Of a DNA stretch of 42,019 nucleotides, positions 9,895 to 19,902 are shown one piece after another; the stretch's first letter is position 1; each line of letters begins with the position of its first letter. A program made the position numbers and the translations under genes. Source of the DNA: a candidate division WOR-3 bacterium (GTDB lineage: Bacteria > Hydrothermota > Hydrothermia > LBFQ01). The notes beneath the pieces are model-generated. The model was not told the origin of the DNA, did not search any database, and saw only the letters and a program-made list of their open reading frames with translations. The stretch lies in contig JBDRWW010000012.1 in NCBI GenBank assembly GCA_039802605.1, positions 1 to 42,019 on the forward strand, written 5' to 3'.

Positions 9895-10383
9895 TTATCT
9901 TACCTTAACACCCCTTTTTAACGAACTCCAAACCCAATCCAAAACTATGTGCATCGTATCCGCGAACAGAATACCCAACAAAAAGGGGATAAAATAGGGG
10001 TTTTTGAATATTGAAAGGGGTTTTAATTGGGGAGGTGATAAGCCTAGATTGTAAAGCGTTCCTGTTATTGAAAACCAAAAGAAAAGGAAAATGGCAAATA
10101 TATATCCAAACCTCGTTAAAATCCCTAAAATCGGAACATGCGATATTCCCCTATGTGGAACAATTAAGGAATAAGGCCTCCATATAAAGGATAAAATTCC
10201 CCACCTTTTAACGGGTTTTGAGTGGCTTAAATCCAAATCCGGGGAAAACCAAAGGGTCGCAACCAAACTCCCCAAACAAAAGGCAACAACCTCATCCAAA
10301 CCCATACCCCTTGAATACGCAAAATAACCCAATATTGCCGTTGAAACTATATTAACCCTATCGTGGGTTTTTCCGGATGGCAT
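9895..10383 (-). CDS. DUF2227-family putative metal-binding membrane protein
   Basis: MPSGKTHD start, SPDLD, HRGISH and DTMHIVLD motifs. Confidence 0.8.
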   Translation of the reverse strand: MPSGKTHDRVNIVSTAILGYFAYSRGMGLDEVVAFCLGSLVATLWFSPDLDLSHSKPVKRWGILSFIWRPYSLIVPHRGISHVPILGILTRFGYIFAIFLFFWFSITGTLYNLGLSPPQLKPLSIFKNPYFIPFLLGILFADTMHIVLDWVWSSLKRGVKVR

Positions 10384-11158
10384 TTAAATGCTCCCTCAAA
10401 GTTGCCGATTTATACTTTGCCGCGCGGGATTTGTGGGGTTTTATCTCCGCGGTTATAAAATCCTCTTCAAAAATTTTCCCCTCTGCCTCAACACTCCCAT
10501 CACCGTTAATAACCCTTGAGCCTCCAAAAAATATTATACCATCCTCAACCCCAACCCTGTTTGCATAAATGGTTGGAATTCCAAAGAACAAAGGGGGTAT
10601 GGATGCTATTCTATGCCAAACATTTACCGAATTGTCGGATATAACAACCCTTAAAGGGTTGTTTGCGATGAGGAGGATATAATCGGCATCGGCATAAGAA
10701 AGATACGAATCCAAGTGCCAAGCATCCTCGCATATAAGAATTCCAAACTTTCCTAACCTGCTATGGATAAGATTAAACGAACTCCCCGCCGTAAAAAACC
10801 TCCCCTCGTCAAACATCCCATATGTTGGCAAATATACCTTTTTATGAATCCCCCTTATCTCACCATCTTCAACGAATACCGCGGAATTATAAAATTGCCC
10901 GTTTTCCTCTATTATTGCGCCAAAAACAACGGCCATACCCTTTGAAGAGTCCAAAATCTTTTTGATTTCATAGGAATGTAAATCAAGGGCAACTATTGGC
11001 GTCATCCAACCCGTAAGGTAGCCTGTCAAACTCAATTCCGGAAATACGATTATATCCAGCCCCTTTTCCCTTGCGTTGTTTATGTATTTCAAATGCAAAT
11101 CCAGGTTATTTTCAACATTTAAAAGTTTAGGGCGTATTTGGGCTATACATACTTTCAA
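10358..11158 (-). CDS. Carbon-nitrogen hydrolase (nitrilase family), resembling the glutaminase domain of NAD synthetase
   Basis: Glu-Lys-Cys triad in FPELSLTGY, HKKVYLPTYGMFDE and ICEDAWH. Confidence 0.85.
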   Translation of the reverse strand: MKVCIAQIRPKLLNVENNLDLHLKYINNAREKGLDIIVFPELSLTGYLTGWMTPIVALDLHSYEIKKILDSSKGMAVVFGAIIEENGQFYNSAVFVEDGEIRGIHKKVYLPTYGMFDEGRFFTAGSSFNLIHSRLGKFGILICEDAWHLDSYLSYADADYILLIANNPLRVVISDNSVNVWHRIASIPPLFFGIPTIYANRVGVEDGIIFFGGSRVINGDGSVEAEGKIFEEDFITAEIKPHKSRAAKYKSATLREHLNAIRKNPR

Positions 11159-11225
11159 GCGGGTATTTTATGGGAGTCATATCTCCACCATACAAAACTT
11201 TCACCCTTAAAATATCCGCCTCAGT

Positions 11226-11474
11226 ATGGTAAAGATAAGGCTCCAGAGGGTTGGAAAGAAAAACGACCCAAGGTATAGGATAATTGTTGCGGATAGTAGA
11301 ACAAAGCGTGATGGAAAGGTTATAGAGATTTTGGGGCACCTCAACCCAAAGGACGATAACGATTGGAGTTTAAACTATGATAGGTATAAGTATTGGATAA
11401 GTGTGGGTGCCCAACCTACGGAACGCGTTTTATCCATTGTTAGAAGGTTTGAAAAACAACAGGCGACAAACTAA
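11226..11474 (+). CDS. rpsP: 30S ribosomal protein S16
   Basis: MVKIRLQRVGKK...YRIIVADSR..RDG...GAQPTERV. Confidence 0.98.
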   Translation: MVKIRLQRVGKKNDPRYRIIVADSRTKRDGKVIEILGHLNPKDDNDWSLNYDRYKYWISVGAQPTERVLSIVRRFEKQQATN

Positions 11475-11487
11475 AAGGAGGTGAAAT

Positions 11488-11724
11488 ATGGAACTGAAGG
11501 AACTGTTAGAATACATAATAAAGGCGCTTGTGGATAATCAGGGAGAGGTTTCAATAACCGAGGTAAAGGGTGAAAGGGCGGTAATATACGAGGTAAAGGT
11601 CGCGGACGAGGATAAGGCAAAGATCATAGGCAAGCAGGGTAGAACCGCAAACGCCATACGCCGTATAATAGAGGCAATAGGTAGGAAGCAGGGTAGGGTT
11701 GTAAGGGTAGAGATTCTGGCTTGA
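11488..11724 (+). CDS. khpA: KH-domain RNA-binding protein KhpA
   Basis: IIGKQGRTANAIR (GxxG loop); typical position after rpsP; GGAGG Shine-Dalgarno upstream. Confidence 0.93.
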   Translation: MELKELLEYIIKALVDNQGEVSITEVKGERAVIYEVKVADEDKAKIIGKQGRTANAIRRIIEAIGRKQGRVVRVEILA

Positions 11725-12209
11725 GGGTTAAGGTGGGGTTGATAACCAAACCTTTTGGGAGGTGGGGGGAGGTAAGGGTTAAAACCTCCTACCCACCCTC
11801 TTTTTTTGTTAACAAGCGGGTTTATGTTCTTAATTCGGAATATAGGGTTTTGAATGCGAGAAAATATAAAGGGGAGTTGATAGTTTTAAAACTATCCGGC
11901 GTTGAGGATATAAACCAAGCGGAGTTGTTGAGGGGTTTGTATTTGGAAGTTGATGAGAGTGATTTGGAACCTTTGAAAGAAGGGGAGTTTTATGTTTATC
12001 AGATTATAGGTTGCAGGGTTTATGATGAAAACTATGGATACCTCGGTGTGGTTAAGGATATGCACGAATGGGCACCCTATTGGACATTGGAAGTGTTGGG
12101 GGATAGAGAAATACTCATACCCTTCGTATCCGAATTCGTTTCCGATGTAGATATCGAAAAAAAGGAAATAAAAACCAGACTGCCAAAGGGTTATGTGGAA
12201 AATTTATGA
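11721..12209 (+). CDS. rimM: 16S rRNA processing protein RimM
   Basis: VG.I.KPFG..GEV, GEFYVYQIIG and EILIPFV motifs; synteny with rpsP-khpA. Confidence 0.93.
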   Translation: MRVKVGLITKPFGRWGEVRVKTSYPPSFFVNKRVYVLNSEYRVLNARKYKGELIVLKLSGVEDINQAELLRGLYLEVDESDLEPLKEGEFYVYQIIGCRVYDENYGYLGVVKDMHEWAPYWTLEVLGDREILIPFVSEFVSDVDIEKKEIKTRLPKGYVENL

Positions 12210-13536
12210 AATAGTAGAGGGTTATAAAAACAAAAGGTTTTCGGCAAAAGAGGTTTTTGAAGAGATTGGAAAGAGGATAAAAGAAAACGAACATCTCAAC
12301 GCGTTTATCACCCTCAACGAGTCGGATATACCCGAAAACGCACTGCCCATAGCGGTCAAGGATAACATTATAACAAAGGGCATAAGGACAACCGCAGGTT
12401 CAAGGATTTTGGAAAACTATATACCACCCTACAATTCAACTGTTGTTAAAAGGCTGCTTGATAAAGGCTTCTACATAGTGGGTAAAACAAACCTTGACGA
12501 ATTTGCCATGGGTTCAACGGGTGAAAATTCCGCATTTGGACCAACGCTAAATCCCTATAATAATGAATTGGTTCCTGGAGGGTCCTCGTCCGGTTCGGGT
12601 GCCGCTGTTGGCGCAAAAATGGTTCCCGTCGCCCTAGGAAGCGATACGGGTGGTTCAATAAGGTTGCCCGCGGCATATTGTAATATTTGGGGTTTTAAAC
12701 CCTCTTATGGCAGGGTTTCAAGATTCGGCCTAATAGCCTTCGCCTCGTCCCTTGATGTAATAGGGCCTATGGCATTATCCCCAAGGGATATAACCCTTGT
12801 AATGGAAATCATCTCGGGATACGACCCATTTGATTCTACGAGTTTAAAGATTGATGGTGTTAAAAGGGAAAGGGTTGATGAATTAAAGCGTAAAGGAAAA
12901 TGGGAAATAGGTGTTTTGGAAAACCTTTTGGATGTACTTGATGGGAAAATATCCGAGAAATTTGAGGTCTTTTTAAGGGAAATTCAAAAGTTCGGAGTTG
13001 AAATAAAAGGAATAAGTTTAAACTTTTCCGAATTCGCCCTGGCATCATATTACATAATAGCATCTTCCGAGGCTTCCTCAAACCTCGCTAGGTACGACGG
13101 CGTTAGGTACGGCGCCAGGATTATGGGCAATGACCTATGGGATACCTATGAGAGGACCAGGGAACTTTTTGGAAATGAGGTTAAGAGGAGAATAGGTATA
13201 GGGACATTCGCCCTTTCTTATGGCTATTACGATAAGTATTATTTAAAGGCATTGCAGGCCAGGAGGCTTATAAGGGATGAGTTAAATAAAGCCCTTGAAG
13301 GCGTTGATTTTTTGGTAATACCAACCTCCCCTTCCCTACCGCCAAAAATAGGTGCGGGATTTTCACCTTTGGACTACTATAAACTTGATAGTTTAACCGT
13401 TCCTTTTAGTTTGGCGGGCTTACCCGTTATGAATGTTCCCTTGGGTGATTTCGTTGGCGTTCAGGTTGCCGGGAGGTTTGCAGGGGATGAAGGGGTTTTG
13501 GCATTTTCCGAAGTTTTGGAGGAAATAATTGGATAA
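12193..13536 (+). CDS. gatA: Asp/Glu-tRNA amidotransferase subunit A
   Basis: AVKDNI, GKTNLDEFAMGS, GGSSSGS, GSDTGGSIR, EASSNLARYDGVRYG and EVKRRI..GTFALS.GYYD.YY.KA. Confidence 0.93.
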   Translation: MWKIYEIVEGYKNKRFSAKEVFEEIGKRIKENEHLNAFITLNESDIPENALPIAVKDNIITKGIRTTAGSRILENYIPPYNSTVVKRLLDKGFYIVGKTNLDEFAMGSTGENSAFGPTLNPYNNELVPGGSSSGSGAAVGAKMVPVALGSDTGGSIRLPAAYCNIWGFKPSYGRVSRFGLIAFASSLDVIGPMALSPRDITLVMEIISGYDPFDSTSLKIDGVKRERVDELKRKGKWEIGVLENLLDVLDGKISEKFEVFLREIQKFGVEIKGISLNFSEFALASYYIIASSEASSNLARYDGVRYGARIMGNDLWDTYERTRELFGNEVKRRIGIGTFALSYGYYDKYYLKALQARRLIRDELNKALEGVDFLVIPTSPSLPPKIGAGFSPLDYYKLDSLTVPFSLAGLPVMNVPLGDFVGVQVAGRFAGDEGVLAFSEVLEEIIG

Positions 13537-14575
13537 CTTTGAACTATTTTACGGGCATTATATACTAGGTAGGTTTTTGATGGAAGATTATAGGTTTTTT
13601 GATACGGGGGTTGAAAGGGGTTATTTTGTAATACTTTCGGGTGATTATGACGATTACGATGTTGAACTGTTAAAAAGGAACCGGATATTTAAGGAAACCT
13701 ATGTTTATAAGGATGAGGGAAGGATTGCGGTAATGCTCATAGAGGATAAGAGGGAAAGGTTTCCAACCTTGAATGTTGTAATGTTTCTCCTAACCCTTTT
13801 ATCAACATTCTTTGTAGGAGCCTTACAGTTGGGTTATAATCCCTTTGGCCCGGATATTTTGAAAGGTTGGATATTTTCCATTCCCCTTTTATCAATACTC
13901 GGGGCACATGAGTTTGGACACTTCATAGTTGCCAGAAGGTATGGAATACCCACATCTTGGCCTTATTTTATACCCTTTCCTTCAATAATAGGGACAATGG
14001 GGGCGGTTATTAGGCTTAGGGGCTTTATACCGAGTAGGAGGGCGCTATTACATATGGCCTTTGCCGGACCCATAGCGGGTTTCATAGTCGCATTACCGGT
14101 TTTGTGGATGGGGTTAAAACTTTCAAAGTTGGAGAGGGCGGTTTTTGAAGAGGGTGTATTTTTCGGAGAACCCTTGATCTTCAAGTTATTTTCATATATG
14201 ATTTTCGGGAATGTTGGGGATAACTTGGTTATAAACATACATCCCTTAGCCTTTGCAGGTTGGGTTGGTATTTTTGTAACCGCTTTGAACCTGATACCTA
14301 TGGGTCAGTTAGATGGGGGGCATATATTCTACGCCTTATTCCCAAAATATCACAGGATTGTGGGTTGGATTGTGGTTATCCTTTTAATAATTGGGGGAAT
14401 TTATTGGTCGGGTTGGTTTATATGGGCATTTTTCGGAATATTCGTAGGGGTATATCACCCACCTGCGGCCTTTATGGAGAGGAAGTTAAAACCCGTTGAT
14501 TACATTATAGGAGCTTTATCCGTAATAATGTTTATCTTGTGCTTTATACCGGTTCCCGTAAGGGTTTTGTTTTAA
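13529..14575 (+). CDS. Site-2 protease (M50 family intramembrane metalloprotease)
   Basis: HEFGH, AGP.AG and NLIPMGQLDGGH motifs; multiple TM segments. Confidence 0.92.
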   Translation: MDNFELFYGHYILGRFLMEDYRFFDTGVERGYFVILSGDYDDYDVELLKRNRIFKETYVYKDEGRIAVMLIEDKRERFPTLNVVMFLLTLLSTFFVGALQLGYNPFGPDILKGWIFSIPLLSILGAHEFGHFIVARRYGIPTSWPYFIPFPSIIGTMGAVIRLRGFIPSRRALLHMAFAGPIAGFIVALPVLWMGLKLSKLERAVFEEGVFFGEPLIFKLFSYMIFGNVGDNLVINIHPLAFAGWVGIFVTALNLIPMGQLDGGHIFYALFPKYHRIVGWIVVILLIIGGIYWSGWFIWAFFGIFVGVYHPPAAFMERKLKPVDYIIGALSVIMFILCFIPVPVRVLF

Positions 14576-14577
14576 CC

Positions 14578-16563
14578 CTAAAAACTATATCTCAAATGTA
14601 AAAACAGGGATCTTCCGGCCTGTGGTAGGGATGAAGGGTCCAAAGACCTGTAAGCAATGGCATTGTTCAGGTTATAAAGTCCAATCACGCCCGTAAGATT
14701 TCCAAACGAGATGTTTAAACCAAGGTCTACGGTTAAAAACGGGGGTTTTTCTTCCTCTATTTCGGCAACTTCCTTTGCTTCCGCTTGGTAGAAAATGTTT
14801 ATAAAGGGAGAAACCCTCGAATTGTACCCCATCCTCAAAAACATCCTTAAAGGAGGAACATCCGAGAGTTTAACGCTTCCCGCTTCACCCTCCATAAGCG
14901 TTATACCCGGATTCAAATAAACATTGCCGAATTTTAAATTCCCCTTTCCTTCAATCCCAAAAATCGTGGCGACTTCCGGAAGGTTTTTATATGAGAATAC
15001 CGTATCGCCGTACTCATTAACCCCTTCCTTATACATCTCAATGAAATCCCTCACAAATGTCCCAAACGCGACCAATTCAAACACCCTTGAACCAAAGGCG
15101 CCTTCAAGGGTTAAGGCCTTTTCGGGTTGTAAATCCGGATTACCCTTTAAAAACCCCCTTGGCCTCGGCGAATATGCATGCGTTTCCAAGAAGTGTGGAA
15201 ACCTGTAAGAGGCCATAATATTACCCCTTACAAAAAGCATCCCAAAACTATAAACCCCTCCAAAATGCCCGGAAGGTGCAAACTTAACACCCTTCAAGTT
15301 TGAGGACGAATAAACCCCACCCCTCAATCCCCCGGAAACTTCAAGGTTTGAAAACCTCTTACTCCCGAGGACAAATAAACCGTATTCGTGTAATGTCGCG
15401 TTTTTCAGTTCGTTATACCGAAGTTGACCGTTTTCATAAACTTGGGAATTAACATTGTACCTACCGAAGTAATCCGCACCCATTACATAATCCCCCAAAG
15501 GATAAAAAACCCTAAGGGACAAATCGTCCCCATTTCTCGGGTTATCCGTTGTATCGCTTCCCTTTACTTTCCTGCTTAAAGTATAATACCTATGGAAACC
15601 CACTTCAAAAAACCTCGCTTTCAGAAAGCCGTAAAGCTCGTTTATTTCCGGGTAATAGTTGATGGAGGACGATTTATAAGCCCTGTAAATGTCCCTACCC
15701 AAAAAGGCCACAAAGGAGGCGTTTATTCCCCTAAAACTTAAAGAGGATGTAAAGGTGTATTTCCTAAACGATGAGTTCTTTGCGCCTATTAAGGATGGAC
15801 TATAAAAACCGTTTCCTTTAACCGTATCGGGAAAGTAATAGTTGTTTGCGTTATAACCGCCAAATCCAATATAAAATTTTTCAACGGGTTTATATCCTAT
15901 ATATGTTCCCATTAATCCGTTGTTTGAGTTATACGATAGTTTAACCTCGTTTTGGGAATGGACACCTTTTAGGAAATACAAAACGGAACCGCCTATAGCG
16001 TCAGAACCGAAAACCGTAGCACCCCCTTTAAAAACCTCCGCCCTCTCCAAAACATCCGGAGATGCATAAAATAGGGAAGGGCCTATTTCCCTTTCCGTTG
16101 AAACCTTCATGTTTTCAAGAAATACTACCGTTCTAAACCTCGCCATACCCCTAACCGCCGGAACGGAACCTACAACATCCTTACCCTCATAGGCAACACC
16201 GGGAACAAACATTAAAACCTCTTCGGGTTTTATTATGGCAGAACCCTGAAAGTTCAAATCCTCACCCTTTATATGTTCAACGGTCTTAGTTTTTTCGGTT
16301 AGTTTTATGGGCTCACTTTCCACAATTATCTCCGAGAGCTTATAGGGTCTTGGTTTTAGGGTTATTTCAACATCTTCGCACTCTGCGTTAAACTCGTAGG
16401 GTTCGTATCCTATGGCCTTTACAACTATCCTTTCCCCTTTCCTCACCTTGACCTTCGCAAAGCCGCTATTATCCGCATAAATTGAGAAGGTCTCACCCCT
16501 TATATACGCCCCAGGTTGGGTTTTTATTACAAACTCGCACACCTGAGATATAACCCAAAGCAT
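14578..16563 (-). CDS. TonB-dependent outer-membrane receptor
   Basis: Plug motifs (VPGV, VRG, EVFKGG...GSDAIGG), GNPDLQPE, NLNN and C-terminal GRS.F..LRYSF. Confidence 0.9.
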   Translation of the reverse strand: MLWVISQVCEFVIKTQPGAYIRGETFSIYADNSGFAKVKVRKGERIVVKAIGYEPYEFNAECEDVEITLKPRPYKLSEIIVESEPIKLTEKTKTVEHIKGEDLNFQGSAIIKPEEVLMFVPGVAYEGKDVVGSVPAVRGMARFRTVVFLENMKVSTEREIGPSLFYASPDVLERAEVFKGGATVFGSDAIGGSVLYFLKGVHSQNEVKLSYNSNNGLMGTYIGYKPVEKFYIGFGGYNANNYYFPDTVKGNGFYSPSLIGAKNSSFRKYTFTSSLSFRGINASFVAFLGRDIYRAYKSSSINYYPEINELYGFLKARFFEVGFHRYYTLSRKVKGSDTTDNPRNGDDLSLRVFYPLGDYVMGADYFGRYNVNSQVYENGQLRYNELKNATLHEYGLFVLGSKRFSNLEVSGGLRGGVYSSSNLKGVKFAPSGHFGGVYSFGMLFVRGNIMASYRFPHFLETHAYSPRPRGFLKGNPDLQPEKALTLEGAFGSRVFELVAFGTFVRDFIEMYKEGVNEYGDTVFSYKNLPEVATIFGIEGKGNLKFGNVYLNPGITLMEGEAGSVKLSDVPPLRMFLRMGYNSRVSPFINIFYQAEAKEVAEIEEEKPPFLTVDLGLNISFGNLTGVIGLYNLNNAIAYRSLDPSSLPQAGRSLFLHLRYSF

Positions 16564-16570
16564 ACGGGGA

Positions 16571-16984
16571 TTATAGAGCTGTTATACCGGGTTTATACCC
16601 AAGGTATTCGCATAGGATTATGTATGCGGAAAGGGTATCAATTAGGTGTTTGTTTCTTTTGGTGATTTTAATACCCATACCTTTGAGGATCTCCTCCGCC
16701 TCCGCTGATGTGTATTCCTCATCCCAAAAAACGATATTTACACCGAAATTCCTTTTTAAAAAACACGCCAAGAAATTCACATCGTATAAAAGTTCCTTTC
16801 TTGGGGGCTTGCCTATTACAACGGTTTCAAAGGGTTTTTCCATATAAATTTCCCGCAAATATAAAAAAACATCCCCCCTTTTGGCGTCCAAAGTTTCTAA
16901 GGGAAAAGCAACCCTACCCTCCGGGTCGCTTATGGCAAACCCCACCCTCCTTTTACCGTAATCTATCGCTAAAACCCTACCCAA
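16571..16984 (-). CDS. ruvX: YqgF/RuvX-family nuclease (pre-16S rRNA processing)
   Basis: LAIDYGKRRVGFAISDP, WDEEYTS and ID.LSAYIIL motifs. Confidence 0.92.
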   Translation of the reverse strand: MGRVLAIDYGKRRVGFAISDPEGRVAFPLETLDAKRGDVFLYLREIYMEKPFETVVIGKPPRKELLYDVNFLACFLKRNFGVNIVFWDEEYTSAEAEEILKGMGIKITKRNKHLIDTLSAYIILCEYLGYKPGITAL

Positions 16985-18652
16985 TTACTTTAAATAATAA
17001 TTCATCTTCCACTTGGACCACTCTTCCGTTGCCGAAATATCCGAACCCGACTTTTTCGCTTGGGACTTTCTAAATTTAACCAATAGGGGGATTTTGACAA
17101 ATGGTCCAAGAAGGATTGCCTCACCGGGGTTTAACGCGGATAGGTAGTTTAACAGATCACCGCTTAGAGTCTCGGAGGCCCTTTGGATATGCCTTTGATC
17201 TTCGGGTTCAACGATCCTCAAAATGATCCAATTGTTCATCTGGGATAATATATTACTATCCAACCCTTTGGGTCTTTGGCTGACTAGTATAATCCCCAAA
17301 CCGAACTTCCTGGCCTCCCTTGCAACCTTTGACAAGGCTTCCTTCGTCCTCGTCGTACTATCCCAAGGTGCAAATATATGCGCCTCCTCAATTACAACTA
17401 TAACCGGAACCTTTATTTTGGATTCAAAACCGTGTATCGCCTTTTTTCTTTCGTTCAGGAGTTGATACAACAGGTGCGATAATATAACATCCATAGCATC
17501 GTAATCCAAATCCTTCATCCTCAAAACATTTATATATCCGTGTTTAATCTGTTCTATTAACGGTTGGTAGTTGTCGTCTATTCTGTTTCTTAGTTTTGTA
17601 CGCAGGTTGTTTAACCTTATGTGCACCCCTATTAGTTCATCCTTTTTTAAGTAATTTACAAATGAACAAAGCTTTATGATTTCGTATATTTCTCCCAATT
17701 CACCCTCCAAATCGTATTCCTCTTCCTCCGATTTACCCTTATTTGACCGATATTCTATAAGTACTTCCAGAGTTTTTATTAAGTCGTCTATGAAGGGGGG
17801 AAGGTTATCCGATTTATCTTCATTGTTTTCATCAAATCCACCCACATATCCGTTTTTTGCAACATCATTGCGGATATTGATAATTTTTTTAGCTTCCCTC
17901 ATCCTCCTAACGCATTCAACGAGTTTTTGTAAGACAAAATATTGCCTTCCGCTCCTGTCAAAGTCTATACCGCATAGTGTTGCGATTTCGTCGGCGCTGA
18001 GTTCGGAAAGGTTTATCTTAACATCTATCGGATGGACGACATTTTCCCCCCTTTCGTCTAAATATTCCGCATTTTCGTATTCCCCGTGGACATCGACCAC
18101 TATTACCGTTCCCCTCTTCTTGGCTATTTCTTCAAGTATGACGGATACGGCATTTGATTTGCCGCCACCCGTTATCGCCAAAACCGCCAGATGCCTTGAC
18201 GCTATCTGATCCAAATCCACATAAACCTTTACATCTCCGGAAGTTAATAGGGTTCCTACAGGTATATGGGAGTTTCCACCCTTTGAGAATATGCTTTCAA
18301 GTAGTTCTTTATCGGCCCTATAAACGGGTGATGCGGGTTTTGGGGGGTGTCTCAGGTTTTTCAAATCGTTGCCATCTATCATTCCAAGTATTGAAACATA
18401 GGACCTAAAGATCCCGTGGCTTTTATGAACATTTATTATGCTTTCCACAACCTCGGGTGAATAACTATCATTTCCTATAAACCTGTCAAACCTCTCAACG
18501 CCTTTGACAATACCCAGTATCCTTACGGTTTTATCCCCCTCGTTGGATTCCACGACAACGAATTCCCCCAAACTCGGGGGTTCAACGCTCGTAAAGATCA
18601 CTTCATCCGGCTTTAATACCCCAATACAATAACCCAAATGTTCCCTGTTCAT
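16985..18652 (-). CDS. HerA-like DNA helicase/translocase (HAS-barrel plus DUF87 ATPase)
   Basis: N-terminal HAS-barrel-like region, RHLAVLAITGGGKS Walker A, DVHGEY, IEEAH Walker B, REARKFG and SQRP. Confidence 0.88.
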   Translation of the reverse strand: MNREHLGYCIGVLKPDEVIFTSVEPPSLGEFVVVESNEGDKTVRILGIVKGVERFDRFIGNDSYSPEVVESIINVHKSHGIFRSYVSILGMIDGNDLKNLRHPPKPASPVYRADKELLESIFSKGGNSHIPVGTLLTSGDVKVYVDLDQIASRHLAVLAITGGGKSNAVSVILEEIAKKRGTVIVVDVHGEYENAEYLDERGENVVHPIDVKINLSELSADEIATLCGIDFDRSGRQYFVLQKLVECVRRMREAKKIINIRNDVAKNGYVGGFDENNEDKSDNLPPFIDDLIKTLEVLIEYRSNKGKSEEEEYDLEGELGEIYEIIKLCSFVNYLKKDELIGVHIRLNNLRTKLRNRIDDNYQPLIEQIKHGYINVLRMKDLDYDAMDVILSHLLYQLLNERKKAIHGFESKIKVPVIVVIEEAHIFAPWDSTTRTKEALSKVAREARKFGLGIILVSQRPKGLDSNILSQMNNWIILRIVEPEDQRHIQRASETLSGDLLNYLSALNPGEAILLGPFVKIPLLVKFRKSQAKKSGSDISATEEWSKWKMNYYLK

Positions 18653-18972
18653 CTCATCCTCATCATATAAAATGTGCCATCATACAACTTACTATTTTCC
18701 TCTTTAACCTTACCCTTTAAGTTGTTCTTATCCTTTATAATTGCAAACCCTTCGAGGTTTGCCGATGTAAAAGATGCCTCGGTTATTCTAAAATAAACCG
18801 TGTCGTTTTTTATGACCGCGGAAAACTTACCCCCCTGCTCAAAATTCCCAAGCAGGGAATCGCCCTTCTGTGTTAGTTCTAAGGTTCCAAAGCCCGTTTT
18901 CCACTTGCCGCTTAGGTCGGTATTACCACCACATGCCAAGATGAGGAAACCCAAAAGCGTTAACCTGTGCAT
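18649..18972 (-). CDS. Small lipoprotein of unknown function
   Basis: Lipobox ILA-C after MHR and a hydrophobic stretch; LSGKW start of a beta-rich domain. Confidence 0.75.
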   Translation of the reverse strand: MHRLTLLGFLILACGGNTDLSGKWKTGFGTLELTQKGDSLLGNFEQGGKFSAVIKNDTVYFRITEASFTSANLEGFAIIKDKNNLKGKVKEENSKLYDGTFYMMRMR

Positions 18973-19036
18973 ATCGTGGTATTATAAACCCGAAGGTTTT
19001 TTGGATTAAACCCTAAACCCCCATAGAATAACCCCT

Positions 19037-19876
19037 TTGGGGATTTTCTTAGCGTTTGTCGTGGCCCTTTTGGAATCCTTCAAGGATGTCCTTTCAAAAG
19101 AATTACTGAAAACCTTAAACCCCTTTGTTTTCGTTGTATGCGTGAAAGTTTTATCCTTCATCCTGCTCTTACCTACGATTTTAATACCTTTCACAATAAG
19201 CGATACGACAACTTTCGCCCTGGTATATTCGCTTAATGTGTTTTTAAACCTTATAAGCCTTTTGTTCTACTTTACCGCGATAAAATACTCCCCCCTATCC
19301 CTTTCCTTGCCAATGCTAACATTTTCACCGGTATTCCTTTTGATAACCTCTTATATTATGCTGGGTGAGAGGGTTTCCTTTACGGGTATGCTTGGGGTAG
19401 TTATGGTTTTTGTGGGTTCATATCTTTTAAACATTTCAAAAACAAGGGCCGGATTTTTTGAACCGATTAAAGGCATCTTTAAGGAAAGGGGTAGTAGATA
19501 TATGCTGGTTGTTGCCTTGATTTGGAGTATAACGGCAAACCTTGATAAAATTGGCGTAAAACTCTCCTCTCCCCTTATATGGCCGCTTTTTATGAGCGGT
19601 GGTATAGGTTTTTTGGGTTTGGCCCTGTTGAAAATCAGGGGTGAAAGTGTTGAGATAAATCCAAAAATGCTTTTGGTATCCCTTGCCGATTCCCTGGGTG
19701 GAATTTCCCAGATGGTTGCGGTATCCTTAACATTTGTGCCTTATGTAATAAGCATAAAAAGATTGAGCGTTCTCTTTTCTTCGTTGTGGGGAATTATCGT
19801 TTTTAAAGAGAGGGCCAACTTTTTGGGGATTATATTGATGGTCTTAGGGGCAGCAATGATAACGCTCTTTGGATAA
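19037..19876 (+). CDS. EamA/DMT-family transporter
   Basis: About 10 hydrophobic segments in two repeats; LGE and FKE motifs. Confidence 0.88.
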   Translation: MGIFLAFVVALLESFKDVLSKELLKTLNPFVFVVCVKVLSFILLLPTILIPFTISDTTTFALVYSLNVFLNLISLLFYFTAIKYSPLSLSLPMLTFSPVFLLITSYIMLGERVSFTGMLGVVMVFVGSYLLNISKTRAGFFEPIKGIFKERGSRYMLVVALIWSITANLDKIGVKLSSPLIWPLFMSGGIGFLGLALLKIRGESVEINPKMLLVSLADSLGGISQMVAVSLTFVPYVISIKRLSVLFSSLWGIIVFKERANFLGIILMVLGAAMITLFG

Positions 19877-19902
19877 TTTGAGCAGCCTGATAATACAAAA
19901 CT

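Noticed and set aside
16985..18652. HerA as part of an anti-phage system (Sir2-HerA, HerA-DUF4297 types)
   Set aside because: No effector gene is adjacent, the neighbours are housekeeping genes, and the HAS-barrel architecture fits repair-type HerA.
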